A stretch of 64,000 nucleotides of DNA from the NCBI GenBank assembly GCA_002010065.2, contig MTMD02000002.1, positions 352,001 to 416,000 on the forward strand, in the 5' to 3' direction. Source of the DNA: Candidatus Pyrohabitans jungbluthii (lineage in GTDB: Archaea; Hydrothermarchaeota; Hydrothermarchaeia; Hydrothermarchaeales; BMS3B). The notes below the pieces were generated by a model, which worked only from the letters and a program-made list of their open reading frames with translations, made no database searches and was not told the origin of the DNA. Position numbers and translations under genes: made by a program. Shown here one piece after another: positions 19,928-29,579 of this stretch (position 1 is its first letter; each line of letters begins with the position of its first letter).

Positions 19928-20635
19928 ATGCAAATCAAAGGCGTGCTCGAGACGAGCTTTGTAGACTGGGACGGGAAGATAGTCTCCACCATCTTCCTCC
20001 CCAGCTGCAACTTCCGCTGTGGCTTCTGCCATAACCACAAGCTGGTACTCAGCCCTGAGAGCTTTGAGGATGTGCCCTTAGACTATCTCCTTCGCTTCTG
20101 GCGGCGCAACCGCGATTTCCTCGACGGGGTGTGCATAACCGGTGGCGAGCCTACGCTGCACAAGGATTTACCCCAGCTATGTGCCACGATTAAGGAGCTT
20201 GGGTTGGAGGTGAAGCTGGATACGAACGGCTCCAACCCGGAGATGCTGCGCTCGCTTATCAAAGAAAAGCTTGTTGACTACATCGCCATGGATGTTAAGG
20301 CACCTCTGCGCGCCAAGGATTATTCCCGCGTGGCTGGCGTGGATATAAATGGCGAGCTTCGCCGCATAGAAAAGAGCATCGACATTATAATAACCTCCCG
20401 CATCGACCACGAGTTCCGCACCACTGTGATTAAGGGTGTGCACGGCGAGGATGAGGTCGAAGCTATAGCGCGCTCTTTGCAGGGTGCGAAGCGCTACGTG
20501 CTCCAGAAGTTTGTGCCTCACCTGGCGATGAGCGAAGAGCTTCGCAGGCTGGCGATGTTCAGCGATGAGGAGATGGATGCCCTGGTAGAGGCGGCGAGAC
20601 GGTATGTTCCTAATGTGAAGTGGAGGGGGAAGTGA
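19928..20635 (+). CDS. nrdG: Anaerobic ribonucleotide reductase activating enzyme (radical SAM)
   Basis: SFVDWDGK, CNFRCGFCHN, ITGGEPT, KLDTNGS, AMDVKA, EFRTT. Confidence 0.9.
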   Translation: MQIKGVLETSFVDWDGKIVSTIFLPSCNFRCGFCHNHKLVLSPESFEDVPLDYLLRFWRRNRDFLDGVCITGGEPTLHKDLPQLCATIKELGLEVKLDTNGSNPEMLRSLIKEKLVDYIAMDVKAPLRAKDYSRVAGVDINGELRRIEKSIDIIITSRIDHEFRTTVIKGVHGEDEVEAIARSLQGAKRYVLQKFVPHLAMSEELRRLAMFSDEEMDALVEAARRYVPNVKWRGK

Positions 20636-20720
20636 TAGAAGAAGGATTGAGAAATGGGCCAATTTAGAATAGGAGAGGCGCATCATAAAAAATCGCATTT
20701 CATTATTGTAATTTTAGCAG

Positions 20721-22499
20721 TTGTGTAAAGTTTCAAGGGATATGGAAACTAAAAAAATCCAAAATAAGAATAAAAATAAGAAAATTAAGAGGAACATAGT
20801 TGAATATCTAAAAAATTTTTGTAATAGGCACAATAAGTTAGTAACCGGAGCTATTGGTTTTGTATTAGGTATCGTACTAACTTCGTATTTATCTCCAATA
20901 TTAGCACATATTTTCCCTTCTATTGATAAAGAACCACCAACAATTATTGAGGTTACTCCATTACCAAATTCAAACCTTTTCAATCTATCAGATATAAGAG
21001 TCAAAATTGAGGATAGTGGAGGATCTGGTTTAGACTTAGAGAGTTCTTTCATAAAGTTAACTGGAGCATATTCGGGAGAGATTAATGGTACCAAAATAAG
21101 CAAAGATAAGGTCTTAATTTTTATACCAAGCGAAAAATTAAAACCTGATATGTATACTGCTGAGTTTTTTATTAGAGATAGAGCTGGTAATCTAAAAAAA
21201 GATTTTTCAAGATTTACATTGTTTGAAAAACCAAAACTCAGATTTGACTTTTACGAAATGCCTCACTTATATTCTGAGAATGACGATGTCCATGGAATTA
21301 AATGGAAAGACAGATATATTGCATACAGTTTCGCTATAATAAATGAGGGCGATACAGTATCTTTAGAAGATATTGAAGTGACTTTTGATTTTCCAGGAGT
21401 AATACTAAACTATATTGTTATGGCAAAGACAAGCTGTGTAAATTGTAATATTATAGAAGCTCAATCAACTCCTTCAATAGTTTATGGAGGAAAAACAGAA
21501 ACAAACTTTTCTACATGTCAATTGATTATTGATATTGAAAAACTACCTCCTGGTGGTATCTTTGCGGGCATGATATTCATAGACCCTCAATATACGCCAA
21601 AATCTAATGAAGTAATCACATTTTGTGAATTTGGAAGTAGATATTATGGACATTATTTTTATAAGCAATTAGGGTGGACTCATCAAGGCAGTATTGAAGG
21701 AGAAATAAAGATGAGTCGGGATGCCTGGATAAATAAGGGAATTTTTTTGAGAAATATGGGAATAAAATATAATTTTCCAGAATATGTCAAAAATTCCTTA
21801 AATGCTTTTGATAATGCTATTAAAATCGATAAGAATAGTAGTGTCGCCTGGAATGAAAAAGGCATTTCACTTGCATATTTAGGGAATTTTTCAGGCGCAA
21901 TTCAAGCGTTTAATAAATCTATAAACATAAGTCCTAATTTTGAAAAACCATATTACAACATTGGCCTGATTTATTTTAAACTCAAAAATTGCGATATTGC
22001 AACAAATTATGCAAATAAAGCATTAGAAATCAACCCAAATTACGAAAAAGCGAACGAAATAATAAAAAATTGTGAAAAAGAAAATATAATTGCCCCAAGA
22101 GATATAAAAAATAAAATAAAAGATATAAATGAAAACGAAGGAACAATTATATTTACCACTAGTGACAGCAATTTATTCGAATCTGTTGGAGATATAATAA
22201 TATTTGATTTTCCAGTCGGAAGTTCTAGATTTATATTAAGAAGAGATGCGAATTTTAATTTATTTTTTGAGCATATAAGCATTCAAACAGGTATAAGAGT
22301 AGCTAAGATAAATCTAAGCGAATTTAAAAAGTGTGATAAACTCTTTATTGCACTAACATGGTCAAGAAAGGAAAATAAACTGTCTTTGGGTTGTTTAGGT
22401 GATAGAAAATTGGTCACAGAAAAGGCGATACAAATTGATAATAAAAATCTATTAATAAAAAATTTTTTAGAAGTACAACAATTTTTACAAGTAAAATAA
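20721..22499 (+). CDS. Membrane-anchored protein with Ig-like segment and TPR repeats (AT-rich)
   Basis: N-terminal TM; DKEPP/DSGGSGLD/DRAGN Ig-like signature; AW..KG and YYNIG TPR repeats. Confidence 0.7.
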   Translation: MCKVSRDMETKKIQNKNKNKKIKRNIVEYLKNFCNRHNKLVTGAIGFVLGIVLTSYLSPILAHIFPSIDKEPPTIIEVTPLPNSNLFNLSDIRVKIEDSGGSGLDLESSFIKLTGAYSGEINGTKISKDKVLIFIPSEKLKPDMYTAEFFIRDRAGNLKKDFSRFTLFEKPKLRFDFYEMPHLYSENDDVHGIKWKDRYIAYSFAIINEGDTVSLEDIEVTFDFPGVILNYIVMAKTSCVNCNIIEAQSTPSIVYGGKTETNFSTCQLIIDIEKLPPGGIFAGMIFIDPQYTPKSNEVITFCEFGSRYYGHYFYKQLGWTHQGSIEGEIKMSRDAWINKGIFLRNMGIKYNFPEYVKNSLNAFDNAIKIDKNSSVAWNEKGISLAYLGNFSGAIQAFNKSINISPNFEKPYYNIGLIYFKLKNCDIATNYANKALEINPNYEKANEIIKNCEKENIIAPRDIKNKIKDINENEGTIIFTTSDSNLFESVGDIIIFDFPVGSSRFILRRDANFNLFFEHISIQTGIRVAKINLSEFKKCDKLFIALTWSRKENKLSLGCLGDRKLVTEKAIQIDNKNLLIKNFLEVQQFLQVK

Positions 22500-22827
22500 A
22501 TAATTTACTATCTTATGAAACAGCCGGGCTCTTTTATCTGATGCCTGGTACTGTCAGAGCTATATTTTTCTTTTCTTTTTCTCCCTGAAGTATAATCAGT
22601 ATCAAAATTGCATTCCCATACAATTTTGTTCTAACACCTCACTTTTTCAATGTGCGCAGAATATCCCTTGCCCTCTGGTTTACTAAGTCCTCTGACCTAA
22701 ACATAATCTTAGTTTAATTTTGGTGTTAAAATTTAAACGCAGTTAAGGAAAAGTCAGGTTCGTCAGACCGGCTATTGAAGTGGTGCCGTAACCTTCTTTA
22801 AGTCGGATGTTAAAAAAGTTAGATATT

Positions 22828-23127
22828 ATGAGTATGAAAACAAGACAAGAGATAATCAAAAAACTGAGAGAGGAACTTCCTTATCTCAGGGAGAAATTTA
22901 ATGTCAGTAGAATAGCTCTTTTTGGCTCATACGCCAGGGGGGAACAGAGAGAAGGTAGCGATATAGATATTCTGGTAGAGTTTGAGAAACCAGTTGGATT
23001 TATAAAGTTCATAAAGCTTGAAAACTATTTAAGCGAGAAACTCGGGGTAAAGGTTGAGCTTGTAACTCCAGATGCTCTCAAGCCTCTAATAAAGCCTTCT
23101 ATTATCAGGGAGGCTGTTTATGTCTAA
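22828..23127 (+). CDS. MNT minimal nucleotidyltransferase antitoxin
   Basis: LFGSYARGEQ..SDIDILVEF; overlaps HEPN gene; exact start uncertain. Confidence 0.88.
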   Translation: MSMKTRQEIIKKLREELPYLREKFNVSRIALFGSYARGEQREGSDIDILVEFEKPVGFIKFIKLENYLSEKLGVKVELVTPDALKPLIKPSIIREAVYV

Positions 23128-23479
23128 AAAGAGGGACATCAGACTATTTTTAATGGATATAATCGAGGCTATTGAAAATATAATGGAATACACTCATGGA
23201 ATGGACTATGAAGATTTTATTAAGGATAAGAAGACCATGGATGCTGTCATAAGAAACCTTGAAATTGTAGGAGAAGCTGTTAAAAGCATGCCTGAAGAAA
23301 TTAAGAAGGATTATCCCGAGGTTGACTGGAAGGAAATAGCTGGAATGAGAGACAAGTTGATACACGAGTATTTTGGTGTAAGCTATCAGATTGTATGGGA
23401 AACTATAAAAGGAGACCTCCCCGCTTTTGAATACCAGATAGAAAGGATATTGGAAGATATTGCTCAACAAAAAGAATAA
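23120..23479 (+). CDS. HEPN (DUF86/HepT-like) ribonuclease toxin
   Basis: DAVIRNLEIVGEA, R-x4-H-x-Y motif RDKLIHEY. Confidence 0.9.
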   Translation: MSKKRDIRLFLMDIIEAIENIMEYTHGMDYEDFIKDKKTMDAVIRNLEIVGEAVKSMPEEIKKDYPEVDWKEIAGMRDKLIHEYFGVSYQIVWETIKGDLPAFEYQIERILEDIAQQKE

Positions 23480-23546
23480 CTCTAAAACTCTTCTCATATT
23501 CTCTAAATAAAACTTCCTATTTCAATGATGGATTTGAATTCCGTGG

Positions 23547-24125
23547 CTATATCCCCTCCCTCACAATAAGCTCATACAACCTCGTAACCCGGTAGTACTT
23601 GTGGTGGGTTCTTGTCTCCTTTTTTGGCTTTGCTCTCCTGTGCTTTCTCTTCAGCACCTTTGCCCTGCAGAGGTCAACAAGCCTTTCCTCTCTCAGAGTT
23701 TCAAGCAGAGCCTTTGTTCTTTCAACTGGAAGGGAGAGAGTCTTCGAAATATGGAGGTGGTTCTCGCATCCCGCTTTCTTAAGAAACTCAAGAAGCTCAA
23801 AGGCTTCCTCTGAATAGCGTTCTTTGAAGTACAGGGCAATTCCCCTCTTCAACAAGCTTCTTAGAAGGTGCTCGCCCTTTCTGCTTAGAGTGAAGTACAG
23901 GTGGTGCTTTCTCACCTCAAGGGTTAGCTTAAATCTCGCCTCACTTTTCTTTATCGCCGAGCCTGAGGAGCGCTCAACAAGGCAAGCTTCTTCAAGACGC
24001 CTTAGAGTGTGCATCACCTCATCCCTCGGAAATTTGAGCCTCTTTGCAATCGCATTTGCGTAGTCTGCATTCGCTCTTCTCAGGTGGATGAGAATATAAA
24101 GCTCCTCAGGCGAAAGCTCAAGCAT
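23547..24125 (-). CDS. Winged-helix protein with two DUF2250-like repeats
   Basis: IL.HLRRAN.DY ... KHHLYF.L repeated as LEFLKKAGCEN ... THHKYYRV. Confidence 0.65.
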   Translation of the reverse strand: MLELSPEELYILIHLRRANADYANAIAKRLKFPRDEVMHTLRRLEEACLVERSSGSAIKKSEARFKLTLEVRKHHLYFTLSRKGEHLLRSLLKRGIALYFKERYSEEAFELLEFLKKAGCENHLHISKTLSLPVERTKALLETLREERLVDLCRAKVLKRKHRRAKPKKETRTHHKYYRVTRLYELIVREGI

Positions 24126-24213
24126 AGAGAAAAGCTCTTTACTCAGCCATAAAAATTTTCAGATTGGTGGATATACTTTTAGAGCTAACAAAAAGAAGAT
24201 GAAGTTTGGAGAT

Positions 24214-24582
24214 TCAACCCCTCTCAACCCTCACCCTGTCCCCATCTTTTGCCTTCTTTAAAACGCTGACATCGCCCGTAATCCTTCCGATGAGATTTAC
24301 TGGCTCAATAGCTCGAGGCTCTCCCGAGACGCTCGCTGGCGTAGGTCCGAAAAATATAGCTATAGCCTTGCCGGCGCACCAGAAGCAGATATTTCCCACT
24401 TCCTGCTCCTGCTTTGCGCCCTCCTCCAGCTCAGCCTCCACAGGGACGTAAAAGTATATCTCATCCCCCCAGCGGTTAACCTCCGACTCAAGGGGCAGGC
24501 TCTGGTACACCTTTTTTGCCGTCGGGGTATCGAAAAGTTCGCCCGTAACTTCAATGCCGTTGATGATTATCTTTACCTTCAC
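24214..24582 (-). CDS. Cyclophilin-like fold protein (DUF369/UPF0310-like)
   Basis: LP....NRWGDEIYF, FW..GKAIAIFFGPTP, VN.IG. Confidence 0.82.
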   Translation of the reverse strand: MKVKIIINGIEVTGELFDTPTAKKVYQSLPLESEVNRWGDEIYFYVPVEAELEEGAKQEQEVGNICFWCAGKAIAIFFGPTPASVSGEPRAIEPVNLIGRITGDVSVLKKAKDGDRVRVERG

Positions 24583-24663
24583 CGCAATGCCTCCTCAGCC
24601 CTTTCCAATCTGTATAATATAAACCATCAGATTATAAAGGATACCTAAAATTTAACGGATCCA

Positions 24664-25281
24664 CTAATTCTCCTCAAAGTACTTATTCAGAACCTTTTTC
24701 ATTCCGCGCCGGAGCATGTCAGACGCGGTTGAGATGCTTATGCCGAAGTGTTTTGCTATTGCCCTTATTCCGACCTTCTTCGGAGTGTCGAAGTAGCCGT
24801 TCACCAGCGCATACTCTAAGATTTCCTCCTCCTTCTCAGTAAGAAGCTCCTTCTCGCCCTCAAGCTCGCCTATCCTCTTTATCTCAAAGGAGTAGTTCTT
24901 CTCCTCAAGAATCTGTGCCAGCTTTATCAGCGAGGAGCGCCTGGCGATGATATCCCACTCCACGCCTTCCTCGGTGTGCCTCGCCGACTTTATGAAGCAC
25001 CCCGCCTCGAGGATGCTTCTCGCGGGTATGCACTGGTGCACCGCCAGCGCCGCCTTGGCCTTGGACTCCGAGACCTTATTGATATCCTCCACACTGTCGG
25101 AGTTTATCGCGCTAAGCACCTCGTCAAGGCATGCGTCGGACTCTATCTGGAGGAGACTCTTCACCCCCTCGTTGTCATAGGGCGCAGCGTCGAGAAGCTT
25201 CACCTTTGCCTTGTTAAAGGCACGTACGGCAGCGACAGCGCAGGTTTCGGGCATCCTTATTTTGAGTTTCGCCTCAATCAC
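24664..25281 (-). CDS. HTH_10 (bacterio-opsin activator-like) regulator
   Basis: LTEKEEEIL..A...GYFD.PK...IA...GIS.ST....LRRG. Confidence 0.85.
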   Translation of the reverse strand: MIEAKLKIRMPETCAVAAVRAFNKAKVKLLDAAPYDNEGVKSLLQIESDACLDEVLSAINSDSVEDINKVSESKAKAALAVHQCIPARSILEAGCFIKSARHTEEGVEWDIIARRSSLIKLAQILEEKNYSFEIKRIGELEGEKELLTEKEEEILEYALVNGYFDTPKKVGIRAIAKHFGISISTASDMLRRGMKKVLNKYFEEN

Positions 25282-25384
25282 ATTTTTTTATTAATAAATT
25301 ACCCTCAATAAATATTCCGAACATTTTCGTAAAAAGGGCATAAGTTTTGAAGATGTGGCGAGAGTATGAAAAGGTTTGGATATC

Positions 25385-25693
25385 CTACTGATACTCCCGC
25401 CAGGTGAACTTGCACTTGGTGCAGCGGTAGAAGCGCGTCTCGGCTTCGTCTGCCTTGCGCGTTTGCAGAAGCCACCACTCCGCCTCGAGGTTGCCGCATT
25501 TCGGGCACTCCGCTCGCGTCGTGGGAAGGGTTCTTACCTCCTGCTCTACCACAAGCATCTTATCCTTCTTCTCCTCCTTGCTCACAATCTTGTAGTCGGA
25601 CTCGTTTGCTATTTCAGCCTCTGCACCGCAGCGGGTGCACACCAGCTTCTTGTTCTTCGGCAGCATCAGGCTACCGCACTTATCGCAGAACAT
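25385..25693 (-). CDS. tfs: Transcription factor S
   Basis: FCDKCGSLM; CPKCG; QTRKADE acidic hairpin; FYRCTKC. Confidence 0.93.
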   Translation of the reverse strand: MFCDKCGSLMLPKNKKLVCTRCGAEAEIANESDYKIVSKEEKKDKMLVVEQEVRTLPTTRAECPKCGNLEAEWWLLQTRKADEAETRFYRCTKCKFTWREYQ

Positions 25694-26120
25694 ATTGCCT
25701 CCTCTTCATGTAGTCTTTTATTATATCAGCATGGTCGAAGGCAAGGCTCAGCTTTATCGCCTCTTCGAGGGTGAAGAGCCTCGCTTCGGCGGCGTCATCC
25801 TTACCTTTTAACTCGCCCTCACCGCGGGCGATGAAGCAGATGCTCACCACATGCCCTCGGGGGTCGCGCTCTGGCGCTGAGTATACGCCAAGCAATTCCT
25901 TAACGTCAACCTCCAAATTTGTCTCCTCTTTGGCCTCGCGCCTCGCCGCCTCCTCAACACGTTCGCCGCACTCCACAAACCCGCCGGGGAGAGCCCAGGA
26001 GCCCGCGAAGGGCTCATGCTTCCTGCGAATGAGCACTATTTGCTCGCCCACCTCGATTATTATGTCCACCGCGAGCGCTGGCGCCGGTCTAGAGCCGCAG
26101 ACGCAGGGACAGCGCATCAC
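25680..26120 (-). CDS. NUDIX hydrolase
   Basis: LPGGFVE.GE..EEAARREAKEET, RDPRGH, LAFDH. Confidence 0.92.
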   Translation of the reverse strand: MMRCPCVCGSRPAPALAVDIIIEVGEQIVLIRRKHEPFAGSWALPGGFVECGERVEEAARREAKEETNLEVDVKELLGVYSAPERDPRGHVVSICFIARGEGELKGKDDAAEARLFTLEEAIKLSLAFDHADIIKDYMKRRQYVLR

Positions 26121-26650
26121 TCCACCTCCTTGTAGGCATGGAGAAGCGCCGGCAGCATGCCGATTACAGTGCAGGTCTCGAAGGGCACAGCTTTGCCTGA
26201 AAGCTCTAAGTGATGCCTAGCCATGCTCAGCACCTCTTTTGGCAAGCCCCGCCTCCCCAAGCCCATTACCACCAGGAAGGACTTGCCTCGCTTAGCTCGC
26301 GCAGCCAGCTCTCTGGGTGAGATGTGCTTCTCCTGTGCAGGCTTCGACGTTGCTGCCACCACCTCGCCGAGCTGGGGAGGGAACCCACGGCGGGGAAACT
26401 CAAAGATGTTCAGCCTGCCCTTAGATGCGAGTAGCTTCAAGTAGCGTCCGCCTTCGCCTATGGTGGTGTCGCTCGCAAGTTCTTCCACAATGCTTGAGAA
26501 GCTGCCCTCAAAAGGGAAGCCAAAAAGCGCAAGGTTTACCTCAAAGGCATAGCAAACTGGCGCCGCCCTGGCTATGCTTCGCTTGTGGATGTCGTGCAAC
26601 CTCGCAGCATCGTAGCTGTTGTATAACCCCAGGGTTATCCTTCCTCCCAT
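26117..26650 (-). CDS. DUF531 family SPOUT-like protein
   Basis: TLGLYNSYD, ARAAP, TTIGEGG.YL, GFPPQLG, GLG..GLP, ETCT. Confidence 0.8.
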   Translation of the reverse strand: MGGRITLGLYNSYDAARLHDIHKRSIARAAPVCYAFEVNLALFGFPFEGSFSSIVEELASDTTIGEGGRYLKLLASKGRLNIFEFPRRGFPPQLGEVVAATSKPAQEKHISPRELAARAKRGKSFLVVMGLGRRGLPKEVLSMARHHLELSGKAVPFETCTVIGMLPALLHAYKEVE

Positions 26651-27084
26651 ATTGCATTACCCGCCTGTGCGAGAAGCGCCGCGAAGGCAGCTACCGACGC
26701 TGCTCTGAGTTCTCCCTCACGAGCCCCACGAAGCTTGTCCTCGAGTAAAGCAACGCACTCCTCAAGCGTTAGCGCTCCCTGAAGAAACGCTTGAGCAAGT
26801 AAGCTCTCGGCGAAGTCGCCCAGTTTGTGTTTATCTACCCGCGTGCCCGCACGCTCTCGCAGTCCTGCCTTAACCACAGCCTCCGCGAGAATTGAGTTGG
26901 AAACCTTCCTTCCCACCACCCTGCCAAGCGCCCGCGAAAGCGCGAGGGAGTAGATTAGGTTGGCTATGCTATCGCCAAGCGGAGAAAGCTCAGCAAAGCT
27001 GGTATCAAATCCCAGTACCGGGTAGCTTCTTTTCTTCTCCTTAGCTTTCCAGCTTCTTCTGCAGCTCATCAAACTCCTTCGCAA
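26635..27084 (-). CDS. Archaeal RNase III-like (mini-III) domain protein
   Basis: LGDS..NLIYSLA, LAEA, D.H.LGD.AE; start codon uncertain (overlaps rpoL). Confidence 0.7.
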   Translation of the reverse strand: MRRSLMSCRRSWKAKEKKRSYPVLGFDTSFAELSPLGDSIANLIYSLALSRALGRVVGRKVSNSILAEAVVKAGLRERAGTRVDKHKLGDFAESLLAQAFLQGALTLEECVALLEDKLRGAREGELRAASVAAFAALLAQAGNAIWEEG

Positions 27085-27526
27085 CTTCTTTAAGCACCTG
27101 CTTCAGCACAAAGCGAGGTGGCGAGGGAATGCCGTAGTCCAGCTTTTTTGCCTCGCTCACATAGCGTTCGAGTATTGACTTGGCTATGCCCGTCTTCTCA
27201 GCCAGCTCGTCTAAGTCGGCCTTGAGCAGGGCGTTAGCTGTGGTAATCCCCGCCTCCGCAAGCTGCTCCTTCCGCTTTGGGCCTATGCCCGGCACGGCTG
27301 TTATCTCAACCTCCTTCTCACTCTCGCGGGGCACCTCTATCCCAGCTTTAACCTTGAGGTAGACCACGGGCTGAGAGAGCAGCGGATGGGCTATGCGATA
27401 CGACGCAGCCACTACCGCGTCGTTTTGGTTAAGTGCCTGACGCAGCAGATTGCAGAAGGTGTGATCTTCACCTGCGAGCTCAAACTCCAGCTCAGTATCG
27501 TTCTCCCTGATAACCCTTATCTCCAC
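27041..27526 (-). CDS. rpoL: RNA polymerase subunit Rpo11 with inserted HhH domain
   Basis: GEDHTF.NLLR..L, AASY.I.HPL; located after csl4; extra VPGIGPK segment. Confidence 0.88.
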   Translation of the reverse strand: MEIRVIRENDTELEFELAGEDHTFCNLLRQALNQNDAVVAASYRIAHPLLSQPVVYLKVKAGIEVPRESEKEVEITAVPGIGPKRKEQLAEAGITTANALLKADLDELAEKTGIAKSILERYVSEAKKLDYGIPSPPRFVLKQVLKEVAKEFDELQKKLES

Positions 27527-27537
27527 GTCACAACCCC

Positions 27538-28107
27538 CTATATAACTCCCTTGCCATACTCTGTGGAATATTTCCGCGATTCATACCTGCCACAGTTGGG
27601 GCACACTAGCTTATTACCCTCAAGCCTCAGCGCTATGTTGCAGTTGGTGCAGTAAGCTTTGATGGCGCCAAGCGGGCGCTCAACCATAGACAAGGCGATG
27701 GGCACGCGCCTGGTGTTGGTAACCTTGGCAAGAACCACGTCGCCTATCTTGATCTCACGGTCTATGTCCTGTACATAGGTGTTGCGAAGCTGGGAGATGT
27801 GGATAGTGCCGTAAACATTGCCAGGAAGCTCGCGGCGGCTGCGCATAAGGCGTATAAGCTTCACCAAAGCAAACTGCTGCTTTACGTCTATTACCTTGCA
27901 CACCGCGATGTCGCCCACGCGAGGCTCTGGTATGATGTTTGTCTTGGGCTCAACCTCAATCTTACGCTCTTTCATGTCTATCTTGAGCACACCCGTAAGA
28001 GATGCGAATATCCTGCCGCTCTCCTCGTAGGTGCCTTTCCCCGGGATGAACTCCTCGCTGAACCCCAGCTCCTTGCCGGGGACAACAAACTCACCTGCCT
28101 CAACCAT
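27538..28107 (-). CDS. csl4: Exosome RNA-binding protein Csl4
   Basis: VVPG..LG..EEF.PG.GTY, S1 domain IHIS, C-terminal Zn ribbon and E.RK.S. Confidence 0.92.
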   Translation of the reverse strand: MVEAGEFVVPGKELGFSEEFIPGKGTYEESGRIFASLTGVLKIDMKERKIEVEPKTNIIPEPRVGDIAVCKVIDVKQQFALVKLIRLMRSRRELPGNVYGTIHISQLRNTYVQDIDREIKIGDVVLAKVTNTRRVPIALSMVERPLGAIKAYCTNCNIALRLEGNKLVCPNCGRYESRKYSTEYGKGVI

Positions 28108-28711
28108 CTCTAAGCCTCCTTATGCGGTATATATCAACCTCTATAAACTTCCTCTCCTTCCTGTGAAAATCATAGCTCCTGGGCAGCTCAAAGCTCACAG
28201 GCATGAGCTCTGCCACCTTACCACCAAGCTCTCGCACATAGCGAAGCACAAAGTCACGGGTCTCGCGCTTGTGAATTGAGTAAACCACAGGCGCAATCTC
28301 GAGGGCCTTCTCAAGGAAAGCCCTATCAGCACCTCTAACATGCACCCCAAAAGGCGGATTCTGAACCACGGTGTCGGCACTCCCGCTTATATCTCTGACG
28401 TCAGCCAGAATAAACTCTATGTTATCAAGAGCAAATTTTTCGGCATTTTTCTTCGCAATAGCTAGGGCTGAGCTGTCGCGGTCAACGCATATCACTAGTC
28501 TCGCGCCTAGAAGCGCGGCGCCTATGCCCAGTCTCCCCGTTCCGCATCCCAGGTCATAGACCACCTTCGTGTGGATGTCTCCTTTTAGATTCGCAAGTAT
28601 GAGAAGCTCCGCTGCAAGGGGGGCTGGCGTAACGTACTGCTCCAGCTCCAGCTTTGGCTCGCGAAAGCCCACGCACCTTTGAAGCATGATTTCAAGCTTT
28701 TTCTTGTCCAC
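28100..28711 (-). CDS. METTL5 family RNA methyltransferase
   Basis: PKLELEQY.TP, DLGCGTG, NPPFG, VYSIH. Confidence 0.9.
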   Translation of the reverse strand: MDKKKLEIMLQRCVGFREPKLELEQYVTPAPLAAELLILANLKGDIHTKVVYDLGCGTGRLGIGAALLGARLVICVDRDSSALAIAKKNAEKFALDNIEFILADVRDISGSADTVVQNPPFGVHVRGADRAFLEKALEIAPVVYSIHKRETRDFVLRYVRELGGKVAELMPVSFELPRSYDFHRKERKFIEVDIYRIRRLRDG

Positions 28712-28790
28712 ACTCTAAACTTGCGCAAACTTTATAAACTCTTTATGTTCTAATATGTTCACCACACTAAAACAGAATGGAGGTGCTGCA

Positions 28791-29147
28791 TTGGCGAAGA
28801 TTCTCGTTACCGCTTCCCATGGTACAGACGACCCAAACCGCGCCACTCTCGCATTTCTCGCTGCGAAGGCGGCGAAGGAGAACGGCGATGAGGTGAATGT
28901 CTTTCTAATGAACGACGCAGTGATGCTAGCCAAGAAGGGCGTGGCAGAGCACATTCAGGGCGTTGGATTAGCGCCCTTCCCGGAGCTTCTGGAGGTGCTT
29001 CAGATCCTAGAGGTACCTCTGCTGGTGTGCAAGCCCTGCGCTGAGGCGAGAGGTATAACAAAGGAGGACCTAGTCGAGGGTGCAAGCTTCGCCGGCATGT
29101 ACGATCTCACAAAGCTTGCACGCGAGAGCAGCGTTCTGAGCTTTTAG
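28791..29147 (+). CDS. DsrE/DsrF-like protein
   Basis: SD GGAGGTG plus TTG; VFLMNDAV, VCKPCAEARGI. Confidence 0.82.
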   Translation: MAKILVTASHGTDDPNRATLAFLAAKAAKENGDEVNVFLMNDAVMLAKKGVAEHIQGVGLAPFPELLEVLQILEVPLLVCKPCAEARGITKEDLVEGASFAGMYDLTKLARESSVLSF

Positions 29148-29152
29148 CTCCT

Positions 29153-29554
29153 CTATTTTTTATTTAATCTTGGTTCATACGTCCATATCGTAAATCTATA
29201 AGCAGAATAGTCTGATATAATCATAAGTATGAATGCAATTATTGGACCCATACGTTTTAATTCAAATGCGGAATAGAGTTAAATGAAGAAATAAAATGCC
29301 GCAAAAATAAAAAGTGCGAAGAATATTCTGAAATGATAAAATTTATAAATTATTTTTATTTTCTTCATTTTATCTGCAGTATCGGGCTTATCATCCTCTT
29401 CTTCCCCATATATTAAACGCACAATAAGTCTTGCAGGAATGAACAGTAAATAACTTGCAACTATTGCCATAGTAACTTGAAATAAAGGGCTTTCTCCAAT
29501 GAAATCGTCTTGGTAAATGATAAACAATGCAAAATCCAAAATATGCAAAATCAT
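29153..29554 (-). pseudogene. AT-rich membrane protein gene with in-frame TAA
   Basis: Frame continues 41 sense codons (LYSAFELKRMGPIIAFILMII...) past TAA at 29279-29281. Confidence 0.5.
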
Positions 29555-29579
29555 TTACCGTCTGGAAAATATCGGACAC

